From assembly GCA_039799905.1 (NCBI GenBank), contig JBDLRP010000030.1, positions 19,577 through 83,576 on the forward strand: a stretch of 64,000 bases of DNA. Direction: 5' to 3'. Source of the DNA: Pseudomonadota bacterium. Its GTDB lineage: Bacteria > Bdellovibrionota_B > Oligoflexia > Silvanigrellales > Silvanigrellaceae. This document shows, piece after piece, positions 51,604 to 60,448 of this stretch; position 1 is the first letter of the stretch, and each line of letters opens with the position of its first letter. A program made the position numbers and the translations under genes. The notes beneath the pieces were generated by a model. That model was given only the letters and a program-made list of their open reading frames with translations, was not told where the DNA came from and ran no database searches.

Positions 51604-52085
51604 CTTTCCTTCCGCTCTGCCGCGACATCGACGTGGTTCAGCAAAGCACGGATATCCAGCAAAGTGGCCAGTCCCTGTTTGAATCGGCCCAGGCCGATCA
51701 TCCCGCCGGACGAAAATGAACTTGGAATACTCTTTGCATACTCAATATCTTTGTTGTCGAGCTGGCAAATCGACTCAATTGCGTCGGCTGCAACAGCCAT
51801 CACACCCGATGAAGATTCAAACACGATCAAAGCCCGTGCGACGGACGAAGCAATTGCAGGTTTCATGTCTTGAAACCAGAAACGCATATCCATGACGCCG
51901 ACAACATCACCACGCAGGCTGATGATGCCAAGATAAAATTTCTTTGTGTTGGGAACTTCACGCGGCTTTACGTACGAAACAATCTCGCGGACCCCAGCCA
52001 ATGGCGTGCCATAGAGTTCACCCTGTACGCGAAACAGAAGGAAGTGCTGGCGATGAGCCTGATCCATTGTAAGCGAGTTGTTCAT
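51591..52085 (-). CDS. cheW: CheW adaptor
   Basis: FLLFRV..ELYG..VREIV...VPNT..FYLGIISLRGDVVGVMDMR. Confidence 0.92.
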   Translation of the reverse strand: MNNSLTMDQAHRQHFLLFRVQGELYGTPLAGVREIVSYVKPREVPNTKKFYLGIISLRGDVVGVMDMRFWFQDMKPAIASSVARALIVFESSSGVMAVAADAIESICQLDNKDIEYAKSIPSSFSSGGMIGLGRFKQGLATLLDIRALLNHVDVAAERKERWAC

Positions 52086-53773
52086 GCGACGTCCCTCTCT
52101 GTTGGAGCCGCCCAGAAAGCGTCGGTGATCTCGACTATGTCGACAACTATGACCGGCTCACCGTCACCGGAAGTCAGCGTTCCCAACAGCCCTCTTACAT
52201 GCCGCAAGTGCGCCGCGAGTGGCGTAATGATTGACCGCTGACTTGCGACAACTCCGTCGATTCCGAGTGCAATCGGTTCACGTCCGCAGCGTAACAATAT
52301 AACGTGACCGCGCTCGATGGCCAGGGAAGCTTGTACACGCGGACGCTGCGTCGGAGGAGCATGTTCGAGCAAATCACATAAAGTCACAAACGGATAAATT
52401 TTTGAATTGTACTCAATGAATTGCTTGTCACCACGCAATGTGTGGGTGTGAAACTGACCTGGCTCAATCAATTCATCAGTCAGGTGGCTTGGTAGGGCAA
52501 AGCATTGGTTTTGAGATTTTACCACGACAAGATCGAGCAACCGCAACGATTCAGGTAAAGAAATTTGATAAGAGGCAGACCGGTCTCTGTGGGTGACGAC
52601 TTTCAGCGTTGCCGATATCGGACTGAGCATCGAACGAATTCTTTCCAAGCGCTCCTTCAGTTCTCCGGCCGAAAGAGAAGATTCATTTTCTGAAATTCCG
52701 CGCCCGTCATCATCGAGGGTAATGACGACAACACCACCTTCAGAGTTCGCTGATAGTCTCATAAATAGAGATGGCAACTTGCCTGCCTTGACACGCTCTT
52801 CGGGGGAATCAAAACCGACATCAAATACGGCGTGAACAAGCTCGATGAGAGGCTTCCAGAGGCCTTCAATCAAAGCTTCATCAAGCTCGACGTCCTGTCC
52901 CTCGGCATCCATCTGCAGAGCAATGTGCCGTTCCTCAGCCAAGTCGAGTATGAAGTCTTCAAGCTTTTCAAAGACCCTGCTCAGCGGGTGCATGCGCAGA
53001 CGAACCGCTTTTGCCTGCAATTCAGCCGACAGTCTGAAACTTGTTTCAAGGGCTTTCGAGAATTCGGCGGAAGTCTGTTCACTGCGGTTCTGAAATGCAG
53101 CAATCACACCGTGCTGCGTGGCAATTCGTCCAACTGTGTCAATGAGATCCTCAATCCGCTGTTGAGTCAAGGCCGAGAAGGGAGCTGCCGCCCCTGCAGT
53201 CGAATCTGGCACACGCGATGGAATGAACAAATTTCGCTCGTCGGCAACGGAACCGCCGATGTTCTGCGCTTCGGAGGCTGCGCGCTGGAGCCCCGAACGG
53301 CAAATACGGATCGCGTCACCAAGTGCTGTGATGTCCTCGACGTAATCGGCATCTGTTCGGACTCCCGCCAACCAACGAGACAACGTCGTGTGCGCAAGCT
53401 GAAGAGTGTCCAACACCGTCCTGTGCGGTTGCAAATCCGACTTCAACAGCTCGCGGACGAGCTCCTCGGTTGAACCCAGCGCCTGCGCCAAGTCGTCCAA
53501 CCCGACACCGCGGCTCGCACGACGCAGACTTTGTGCGGTCCGCATGACCCAAAGCAGCGCCTCTCGGGTATCTTCTCCCTTTTCCAGTGCGCAGCATGCC
53601 TCGTCCCACTGACCCAACAGGTCAGCGGCCTCAGCCAAAAAGATGTTGAACACATCCTGTGATATGTGCCCCAACAATCCCACGCGTTCCTCCGAAAAAA
53701 GACGATTCATGGGAGTGTTCGGAATTTCTCTTACTAAAGTGAGGAAGGCGGAACGCCGTTGTTTTGACGGCAA
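52082..53773 (-). CDS. CheA-like protein (Hpt, dimerisation, degenerate HATPase, CheW domain), probably kinase-dead
   Basis: FLAEAADLL; LRMHPL..VF; DVELD; SPEERVKAGK; DDGRG; C-terminal CheW domain; start uncertain (53773 or 53710). Confidence 0.85.
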   Translation of the reverse strand: MPSKQRRSAFLTLVREIPNTPMNRLFSEERVGLLGHISQDVFNIFLAEAADLLGQWDEACCALEKGEDTREALLWVMRTAQSLRRASRGVGLDDLAQALGSTEELVRELLKSDLQPHRTVLDTLQLAHTTLSRWLAGVRTDADYVEDITALGDAIRICRSGLQRAASEAQNIGGSVADERNLFIPSRVPDSTAGAAAPFSALTQQRIEDLIDTVGRIATQHGVIAAFQNRSEQTSAEFSKALETSFRLSAELQAKAVRLRMHPLSRVFEKLEDFILDLAEERHIALQMDAEGQDVELDEALIEGLWKPLIELVHAVFDVGFDSPEERVKAGKLPSLFMRLSANSEGGVVVITLDDDGRGISENESSLSAGELKERLERIRSMLSPISATLKVVTHRDRSASYQISLPESLRLLDLVVVKSQNQCFALPSHLTDELIEPGQFHTHTLRGDKQFIEYNSKIYPFVTLCDLLEHAPPTQRPRVQASLAIERGHVILLRCGREPIALGIDGVVASQRSIITPLAAHLRHVRGLLGTLTSGDGEPVIVVDIVEITDAFWAAPTERDVA

Positions 53774-53824
53774 TGATCACAGGCTATGCAAACTTTGCAG
53801 AAATATTATCCAAAGAATTTTCTC

Positions 53825-53852
53825 TAAAGTTTTCGGCTGGGTTTTCCGATAG
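53825..53852 (+). promoter_or_regulatory. Sigma28-like promoter candidate
   Basis: TAAA-N16-TCCGATAG (TAAAGTTT at -35). Confidence 0.6.
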
Positions 53853-53881
53853 CGTCTCAAATTTTGCGCGGAGGTTATCCT

Positions 53882-54676
53882 ATGACGAAGGCTGTCAGTC
53901 CTAGCTGTTTCTTGCAAATTTCGTTTCTCTGCGCGGGACTGGCATCAACCGCATGTGTGCCGGGTGCATACAATTCCGTGCAATTGCCAACCCGCATCAA
54001 GCAATCGGCTGCAGAAAGTGGCACGGGTGGAAATGGCCAAACGGACCCGAATCAGAACAACACAGCGCAGCCCGGAACAACACAGCCCGGAACAAATCCC
54101 GTCAACCCAAGCAACCCAAGCAACCCGGGTGGCGGTGTGAAAATTGCACCCAACGTTCCGGAAGCAGATACAATCCGCAAATGCATGAACCTGTGGGGAA
54201 CTGTTCCCTTCAAAGAAATCAAACCCGAGCACGTCAAGGTGATGGATGTCAGTGTCGGAGTGGGTGGTGGATTGATCGGAGGATCTTCACCCATTGCCGG
54301 AATCGGAAACATCATCAACGTCGGTAACCCGCGCGATCTTGAAATCACAGCGGAGCCAAAACTCATCATCATCCCGCTCAGCGTGAACCTGGGCGGGAGT
54401 ACAAACTTCGAACTGATGAATCCCAACGGATGGTATTGCATGAAGGCTGCAGTTGGTGCGAAGAGCACGGTCGGAATCAAACTGCACTGCAATGCAAAAC
54501 TTGCCCAGTCCGATTTGGGTGTGAGTTTGGAAACCAATCCGGGCGGAGCCGGCGGCGTGCCGGTAAAAGTTGGCATCAACGATGGAAAAACACCCGGCGG
54601 CCAGCTGGGAATCATGGTTGACTCCTCGGTGTCATTGACCCGCGTCAACGGCTCCGGAGCGGCTTCTTGCCCATGA
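53882..54676 (+). CDS. Hypothetical Gly/Pro-rich lipoprotein
   Basis: GGAGG RBS; STAC lipobox-like; QPGT/NPS linker; several Cys. Confidence 0.75.
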   Translation: MTKAVSPSCFLQISFLCAGLASTACVPGAYNSVQLPTRIKQSAAESGTGGNGQTDPNQNNTAQPGTTQPGTNPVNPSNPSNPGGGVKIAPNVPEADTIRKCMNLWGTVPFKEIKPEHVKVMDVSVGVGGGLIGGSSPIAGIGNIINVGNPRDLEITAEPKLIIIPLSVNLGGSTNFELMNPNGWYCMKAAVGAKSTVGIKLHCNAKLAQSDLGVSLETNPGGAGGVPVKVGINDGKTPGGQLGIMVDSSVSLTRVNGSGAASCP

Positions 54677-54759
54677 CAGTGCCCGCTGCCTGACGTTCAG
54701 TTGATCGTCAGGCTCAACAATGTCACCCTGAGATAAATTTTCAACTCAGGAGCATCGTC

Positions 54760-55320
54760 ATGCTGACTGTCGGCAAAGCATTTTCTGTTTATCTCCCCGT
54801 TCTTGTCACCTCATTCATTACATCTGCCGCCTTTGCAGCCGAGCTGAAAGTCGGTGATTCAGCTCCTCCGTTTACGCTTACCGCTCATGACGGGTCGACT
54901 TTTTCACTCGAAAGCCGCAAGGGCAAAGGATGGACGATTCTGTTTTTTTATCCAAAAGCAGGAACCCCCGGATGCACCAAACAAGCGTGCGCTTTCCGTG
55001 ACTCGGCAGACAATCTCAGAAAACAGGGCGCTGAAATTTACGGAATCAGCACAGACACAGTCGACAAGCAAGCCGCCTTTCACAAAGAGCACAAACTTCA
55101 ATTTCCCCTACTTGCCGATCCGGATGCCAGAGTCACAGACTCCTATGGCTTGAAAATTCCAGTGGTGAAGATGGCAAAACGCTGGACTTTTATCGTCGAT
55201 CCGGAACTCAAAATCCGCAATATCGACACGAAGGTTGATCCGCTGCTGGATGCAAAAAACGTTGGCGAGACTTTGAAGAAACTCGGTGCCAAAGGCGAGC
55301 CTGAGAAGGCCAAACTCTGA
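54760..55320 (+). CDS. bcp: Peroxiredoxin BCP/PrxQ with signal peptide
   Basis: FFYPKAGTPGCTKQAC; N-terminal signal ending AFA. Confidence 0.9.
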   Translation: MLTVGKAFSVYLPVLVTSFITSAAFAAELKVGDSAPPFTLTAHDGSTFSLESRKGKGWTILFFYPKAGTPGCTKQACAFRDSADNLRKQGAEIYGISTDTVDKQAAFHKEHKLQFPLLADPDARVTDSYGLKIPVVKMAKRWTFIVDPELKIRNIDTKVDPLLDAKNVGETLKKLGAKGEPEKAKL

Positions 55321-55371
55321 GACACCGCAATTGTGGTGGACAACAACTTGCGGCAGTCCGCACGCCGCAGG

Positions 55372-56238
55372 TTACTGTTTCCACCTGTCGTGCATCCAAA
55401 AATATTCTTTTGGGTTGGCCAAAATAAGCTGCTCTACAACTTGATTCACTCGTTTTGTGTTCTCAAGAACAAATTCTTCCGAACTCCACTCTGATTTTTG
55501 CTCGGGAATGAACTCGTCGTGAAAGGTGACCTCGGCGCTCATCAGCCCGCAGCGTGCAATCGTCACCGGATGAATGGGCGCAGAGCGCTGTTTCCAGAGA
55601 AAAATGAGCCCTGCGTTGGTCCACGCCGGCTCGTTAAAAAAAGGCAAAAGCAGTCCTTTTTTTCTGCGTTGATCAACCATGAACCCGACAATCTCGTTGA
55701 GACGCAGGCCTTCCATGAGGCGCGCCGTGCGGCTGCTGCCTTGTCCGCGCTCGTTAAAAATTTCGACGATGCCGTTCGCCTCGCGCCGCCGGCCGACCCA
55801 GCGCGCAAGTGCACCTTTGCCGATCGGTTTGACGGGTGCGTGAACTCGGGCAAAGTTCCTGCCAACTGATGTTCCCATCAATTCGAAATTACCCATGTGT
55901 ATACCCATCAGATACACACCCTGACCACGTGCAAGCGCTGCTCGGATGGTCTCGGGATTTTTGAACCGGATTTCATATTGGGGAAAAACTCTTTGAGCCG
56001 AAAAAAATTCGATGGTCGTCAATATGAAGTTTGCAACCGACGCACGACCGACTTCGGCACGCACCCGCGCACTTGAGCCTGAACCATAAACGCGCAGTAA
56101 ATTTTTCATGATTAATGAACGGCGAAAACGCAAAATGTCGAAGGCGAAAACTGCGAGCGACCATGCCACCAGCGAACGGCCGCGAGCTCCCAGCATGGCC
56201 AGCAGAAATCCAACAATTTCAGCGATCAAAACGACCAT
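55372..56238 (-). CDS. Lipid A late acyltransferase (LpxL/HtrB family)
   Basis: HMGNFE, MVDQ, PFF, PKEYFWMHDRWK. Confidence 0.9.
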   Translation of the reverse strand: MVVLIAEIVGFLLAMLGARGRSLVAWSLAVFAFDILRFRRSLIMKNLLRVYGSGSSARVRAEVGRASVANFILTTIEFFSAQRVFPQYEIRFKNPETIRAALARGQGVYLMGIHMGNFELMGTSVGRNFARVHAPVKPIGKGALARWVGRRREANGIVEIFNERGQGSSRTARLMEGLRLNEIVGFMVDQRRKKGLLLPFFNEPAWTNAGLIFLWKQRSAPIHPVTIARCGLMSAEVTFHDEFIPEQKSEWSSEEFVLENTKRVNQVVEQLILANPKEYFWMHDRWKQ

Positions 56239-56328
56239 CACGTGAAGCCTCGTATAATGTACAGCCCGTAAAAGCGGGCAAAATTTGCAGTTGAGTCGAT
56301 TTTCGGGTCGCATGCGATCGGCGGATTG

Positions 56329-56355
56329 TCAAGTTAGGCAGTTTACAACCGATCA
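56329..56355 (+). promoter_or_regulatory. Sigma28-like promoter candidate
   Basis: TCAA-N15-ACCGATCA. Confidence 0.45.
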
Positions 56356-56393
56356 GCACATGGTTGTATCCCGTGCGGTCGGGGAGGTGATTT

Positions 56394-57098
56394 GTGCGAA
56401 TTCCGAGCCGTTTTTGGAAATATTTAGTGCTGTTTTGCCTGAGTTCTGGCTCGCATTTTTCGGCGCTCGCAGCAGATGGGGGCGCAATCCGTGTGCCGGC
56501 GGTTTCCGCATTCGCCGAGGCTGGATACTTCACCTACAAAAGTAAACTTGCCGAGAGTAACGACACGGGAATGAGATACGGCTACGGTTTTCAGATCTTC
56601 GGCGGCGACGACCGCAATCTTGGCGCATCGATGCGTTCAACCATGCTCGCCGCAACTTTTGCGCTCAATTCGAATAAAGTAACGGAAAAGAACCAATCTT
56701 TCATCTTCAACTACCGCAAAGGTTACGTTTACGGCGGGGCCGCATTTGGAACGACGCAGGTTGGGTTCACCGAAAATGGCACTGATGCGATGGACGCCTA
56801 CGGAAATACCATCGGCGGAAATCTTGGCTTTTTGGTGCCGTTCGGACGCGGCAACCTTGTGCAAAGCGACGTGCTCGTCCTCAAGCCGACCAGCGTCAAA
56901 GACTCAAAGCAACGGACCGTTAGTCTCGGACTGCGCATCGAAGCCGACACAAGCCTGAGTTTTGCATTATCCCGTAAATACGTTGATCTGGTTCTCGGCT
57001 TTAAATATGTCACTCACAGTGCAAGTGTGGATGGAGCCGGTGGCAAAGAAACTCAGACTATCCCCTCGGCAGGATTCCGCTTTGGAATGGACCTCTAA
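56394..57098 (+). CDS. Outer-membrane beta-barrel-like protein
   Basis: GGAGG RBS; signal peptide ending ALA; amphipathic strands ending AGFRFGMDL. Confidence 0.65.
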   Translation: MRIPSRFWKYLVLFCLSSGSHFSALAADGGAIRVPAVSAFAEAGYFTYKSKLAESNDTGMRYGYGFQIFGGDDRNLGASMRSTMLAATFALNSNKVTEKNQSFIFNYRKGYVYGGAAFGTTQVGFTENGTDAMDAYGNTIGGNLGFLVPFGRGNLVQSDVLVLKPTSVKDSKQRTVSLGLRIEADTSLSFALSRKYVDLVLGFKYVTHSASVDGAGGKETQTIPSAGFRFGMDL

Positions 57099-57112
57099 CA
57101 GAGGATGAGGGA

Positions 57113-57607
57113 ATGAATTCACCCGAAACTGCCTTTGACTTCACAGTTCGCGCCATCGACGGGTCTGACATCGATTTTGCCGACTACAAAGGTAAAGTGC
57201 TGCTGATTGTCAACGTCGCCAGCCGCTGCGGATTTACTCCACAGTACAAGGGCCTCGAAGCGCTCTACAGAAAATTCAACAATCGCGGATTTCATGTACT
57301 AGGGTTTCCCTGCAATCAATTCGCACTGCAGGAACCCGGCGATGAAAATGAGATCCGCAACTTTTGCTCGCTGAAATACGATGTAACCTTTCCACTCTTC
57401 ACCAAGATTGATGTGAACGGTCCAAACGCCCATCCGCTGTATGTTTTTTTGAAGAATCAGGAACGCGGCATCTTCGGCACGAAGTCGATCAAATGGAATT
57501 TCACGAAGTTTCTGGTCGGCAAAGACGGTCAGGTCATCCGCCGCTACGGCCCCAATACGAAGCCTGACATGCTTGAAGCGGATATTATTGCTGCATTGGA
57601 AATGTGA
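57113..57607 (+). CDS. Glutathione peroxidase family protein (Cys type)
   Basis: NVASRCGFTPQY, GFPCNQF, KWNFTKFL. Confidence 0.96.
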   Translation: MNSPETAFDFTVRAIDGSDIDFADYKGKVLLIVNVASRCGFTPQYKGLEALYRKFNNRGFHVLGFPCNQFALQEPGDENEIRNFCSLKYDVTFPLFTKIDVNGPNAHPLYVFLKNQERGIFGTKSIKWNFTKFLVGKDGQVIRRYGPNTKPDMLEADIIAALEM

Positions 57608-57622
57608 ATTCTGGAGAGGAGA

Positions 57623-57698
57623 TGGTCGGGGATACGCGACTCGAACGCGTGACCTCTTGCTCCCGAAACAAGCGCGCTACCAACTGCGCTAATCCCCG
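57623..57698 (-). tRNA. tRNA-Pro(CGG)
   Basis: CGGGGATTAGCGCAGTTGGTAGCGCG-CTTGT-TTCGGGA-GCAAG...GTTCGAGTC...TCCCCGACCA. Confidence 0.97.
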
Positions 57699-57713
57699 AA
57701 AGTCTCTCAAAGG

Positions 57714-59777
57714 TTAACGGCCTCCTGACGGGGTTTGATTTCCCGCAGTCGTGCCCTTTTGATTAGTCAATTCTACCAAATCGCGCAAGATGTTGAGGGC
57801 TTCCGCCAGCTGGATGTCGGACTTGCGCACGACAACGTTTTCGTCTCTCGCCTCCTTGAGCTCCGACTCTTCCTTTTCCTTGTCCTTCAGTCGTTCAGCC
57901 TTGCTCTTGGCGTCCTCGAGCAACGAAACCCTCGCACGATCCTTTTCTTTGCGAGCCTTCGCAATCTTTTCTTTAAGCTCAGAAAATTCCTTGGATTTGG
58001 CAACACGATCTTTGCTGGCCTGATCAAGCGTCGCTATTAGAGATTCAACCTTGCCAACCACTCTGAATCCAGGAGCTTGATGTATAGCATCATTCTTTAG
58101 CACATAATCGTTGTCACGTTCGCCCACATCACTGGCTTCGAGCATGCTCGGGATTGTGATGTCCGACTGAACGCCAATCTCCTGATTGCTGCGCCCACTC
58201 GGACGATAAAACTTCTGCTGGGTGATTTTCAGCGCGCCGTTTGATAGCCGGCCCTCGGTTCCGGGAATTTCCTGAACGACCTGCACGGTAGCTTTTCCAT
58301 AGGTATGACTGTCGCCAACAATCACCGCACGGCGGTAATCCTGCAATGCGCCGGAAACGATTTCAGATGCCGAGGCGCTGTGTTTGTTGATGAGAACAAC
58401 CAACGGACCGGCATATTGCTGCGCGGGATCGGAATCCATCAGTGGTCTGCGGCTACGTTTGCGATCCACCGTCTGAACAATCGGCCCCTCTTCGATGAAG
58501 AGTCCTGAGAGCTGTATGCTTTCACCGAGATCTCCGCCGCCGTTGTTGCGCAAATCGAGAATAACACCCTCAACCTTTGCCGTAGAAAGTTTTTTGAGTT
58601 CCCTGAGAACATGTGACGCGGCTCCTCCGCAATCGCGGGCAAAACGCGCACGGCATGTAAAATCAGTATAGAATGCCGGCAAACGCACAACTCCCAGTTT
58701 CCTGCCGCCAACCTCAATAAGTTCACCTTTCGCTTCAGCAGAAGCGATTTTAACTGCGTCACGGATGATTGGAATTGTGACGCGCTCAGTGCCCTGTTCG
58801 GATTTTCGCAGCACTTGAAGCACAACCCGTGTGCCCTTTTTACCGCGGATGAGACGCACGGCCTTACCAAGCTCCATGTCGATGAGATCGACCGTCCCCT
58901 GTCCATCACCAGAATCAACGGCAACAATCTTGTCACCTACCTTCAGTCGCCCGTCGCGTTGCGCCGCACCTCCGGCAATCAAAGCCTGAACGGTGATGTA
59001 ACCGTCGACCTCCTGAAGAGTCGCACCTATGCCTTCAAGTTGATTGCCGAGGCGGATGTTGAAGTCTTCCTGCTCAACTGGCAACAGATGAGTCGAATGC
59101 GGATCGAGCGAAAGCGAAAATGCATTTATGAACAAGTTATGCACTTCGTCTGAGCTCATTTCTTCATAACTCTTGCGTATTTGAGCGTATCTGCGCTTCA
59201 GGCGCTCGCGTGCCTTGGGCTCGCCGTCGGGGTCCTTCATGGTCATCACTTGAAACTTGATGCGCTTGCGCCAGCGATCGTTGAGCTGAACGACGTCGGT
59301 CGCCCAGTCCTGCTTGCCGACGCTCATGTCCTCGTCGACGTTAAATACAAACGGCTTGGCAAGAAGGGAATCCGCATATGCGCTGCGCTCCTTGACCCGC
59401 GCGAGGAACACCTGATGAATTTCGTTGATGATCGTGCAGTCAGCTTTGGCAATCTGCTCGTCGATTTTATCCTCATTCTTGGCAAATTGTGCCAAGTCGG
59501 ATTTGAGAAAGTAAAACTTTCCCGGATCGAGGGTTTCAAAGAACTTTCCGTACGTGCGGCGTGAGAGTTCTTTGTCGAACGATCGATAGACGTAGTGGTT
59601 CTGCAAGAAGACATCAACGCGGTTGCGCACCTCGCGGCAAGTGAGCAGCGGATTGGCAGCACCGGCGTTTCGGCCGGTGGCGCCGCTGGAAATCATCATC
59701 AGAGCCGATAAGAGTCCGCCACTGGTGAGCCCTGCAATCCAGCGCACTTTCACGGACCTGCTCAAAGTTGATGTCAT
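57714..59777 (-). CDS. prc: Tail-specific (C-terminal processing) S41 protease
   Basis: DPHS, GIGA PDZ, DLRNNGGG, SASASEI, GKATVQ, KFYRPSG. Confidence 0.93.
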   Translation of the reverse strand: MTSTLSRSVKVRWIAGLTSGGLLSALMMISSGATGRNAGAANPLLTCREVRNRVDVFLQNHYVYRSFDKELSRRTYGKFFETLDPGKFYFLKSDLAQFAKNEDKIDEQIAKADCTIINEIHQVFLARVKERSAYADSLLAKPFVFNVDEDMSVGKQDWATDVVQLNDRWRKRIKFQVMTMKDPDGEPKARERLKRRYAQIRKSYEEMSSDEVHNLFINAFSLSLDPHSTHLLPVEQEDFNIRLGNQLEGIGATLQEVDGYITVQALIAGGAAQRDGRLKVGDKIVAVDSGDGQGTVDLIDMELGKAVRLIRGKKGTRVVLQVLRKSEQGTERVTIPIIRDAVKIASAEAKGELIEVGGRKLGVVRLPAFYTDFTCRARFARDCGGAASHVLRELKKLSTAKVEGVILDLRNNGGGDLGESIQLSGLFIEEGPIVQTVDRKRSRRPLMDSDPAQQYAGPLVVLINKHSASASEIVSGALQDYRRAVIVGDSHTYGKATVQVVQEIPGTEGRLSNGALKITQQKFYRPSGRSNQEIGVQSDITIPSMLEASDVGERDNDYVLKNDAIHQAPGFRVVGKVESLIATLDQASKDRVAKSKEFSELKEKIAKARKEKDRARVSLLEDAKSKAERLKDKEKEESELKEARDENVVVRKSDIQLAEALNILRDLVELTNQKGTTAGNQTPSGGR

Positions 59778-59947
59778 CTGGAAAAACTCCTTGTCCGATC
59801 GGCAGCTTCAACCGCCTCCCCACTAGACTGCGGCTTTGCGGGTCGACGGTCAATCGGGAAATCTGTCCGGCTGACAGACAAAGTTGGCACTCAGCCATTT
59901 GTGACTTATATGCAGATAAGAAACAGCACGGAGAGAAGCCAAGCCCC

Positions 59948-60436
59948 ATGCAGCGCGCCACTGCTTCAGCCAAATCGTCCGAAGATGCAAAAATTCACGA
60001 GGCATTCGATGCCTACTTGGCCCGCCTTGGCTTACGGCAGACCAAACAGCGGAAAATGATCGTGGAGGCGGTTTTGCAGGTCGGACCCCACGTCGACGCC
60101 GAGGCCATCGCCACCCGGGCGCGTCAGATTGATCGCAGCATTGGAACCGCAACTGTTTACCGCACACTTCAATTGATGACGGCCGCCGGCATTCTTCTCG
60201 AGCATTCGTTTGGAAAAGATCGCTCAACCTTTGAGTTTATCAGCCCTGACAAAGAACATCACGACCATTTAATCTGCAACCAGTGTGGGAGTATTGTTGA
60301 ATTTTGCGACGAATCTCTTGAAAACCTGCAGGAGCAAATTGCCAGCCGGCTGGGTTTCAGGCTTAAAACCCACCGTATGGAGCTGTTTGCAGACTGTCTG
60401 ACGCCCAACAACTGCAGCCGCCGGAAATCACAATAA
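59948..60436 (+). CDS. fur: Fur-family transcriptional regulator
   Basis: GLRQTKQR, ATVYRTL, HHDHLICNQCG, C-terminal Cys pair; subfamily (Fur/Zur/PerR) not resolved. Confidence 0.9.
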   Translation: MQRATASAKSSEDAKIHEAFDAYLARLGLRQTKQRKMIVEAVLQVGPHVDAEAIATRARQIDRSIGTATVYRTLQLMTAAGILLEHSFGKDRSTFEFISPDKEHHDHLICNQCGSIVEFCDESLENLQEQIASRLGFRLKTHRMELFADCLTPNNCSRRKSQ

Positions 60437-60448
60437 GGACACCCGACA

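Noticed and set aside
57113..57607. Selenocysteine in the glutathione peroxidase
   Set aside because: Active-site codon is TGC (Cys)
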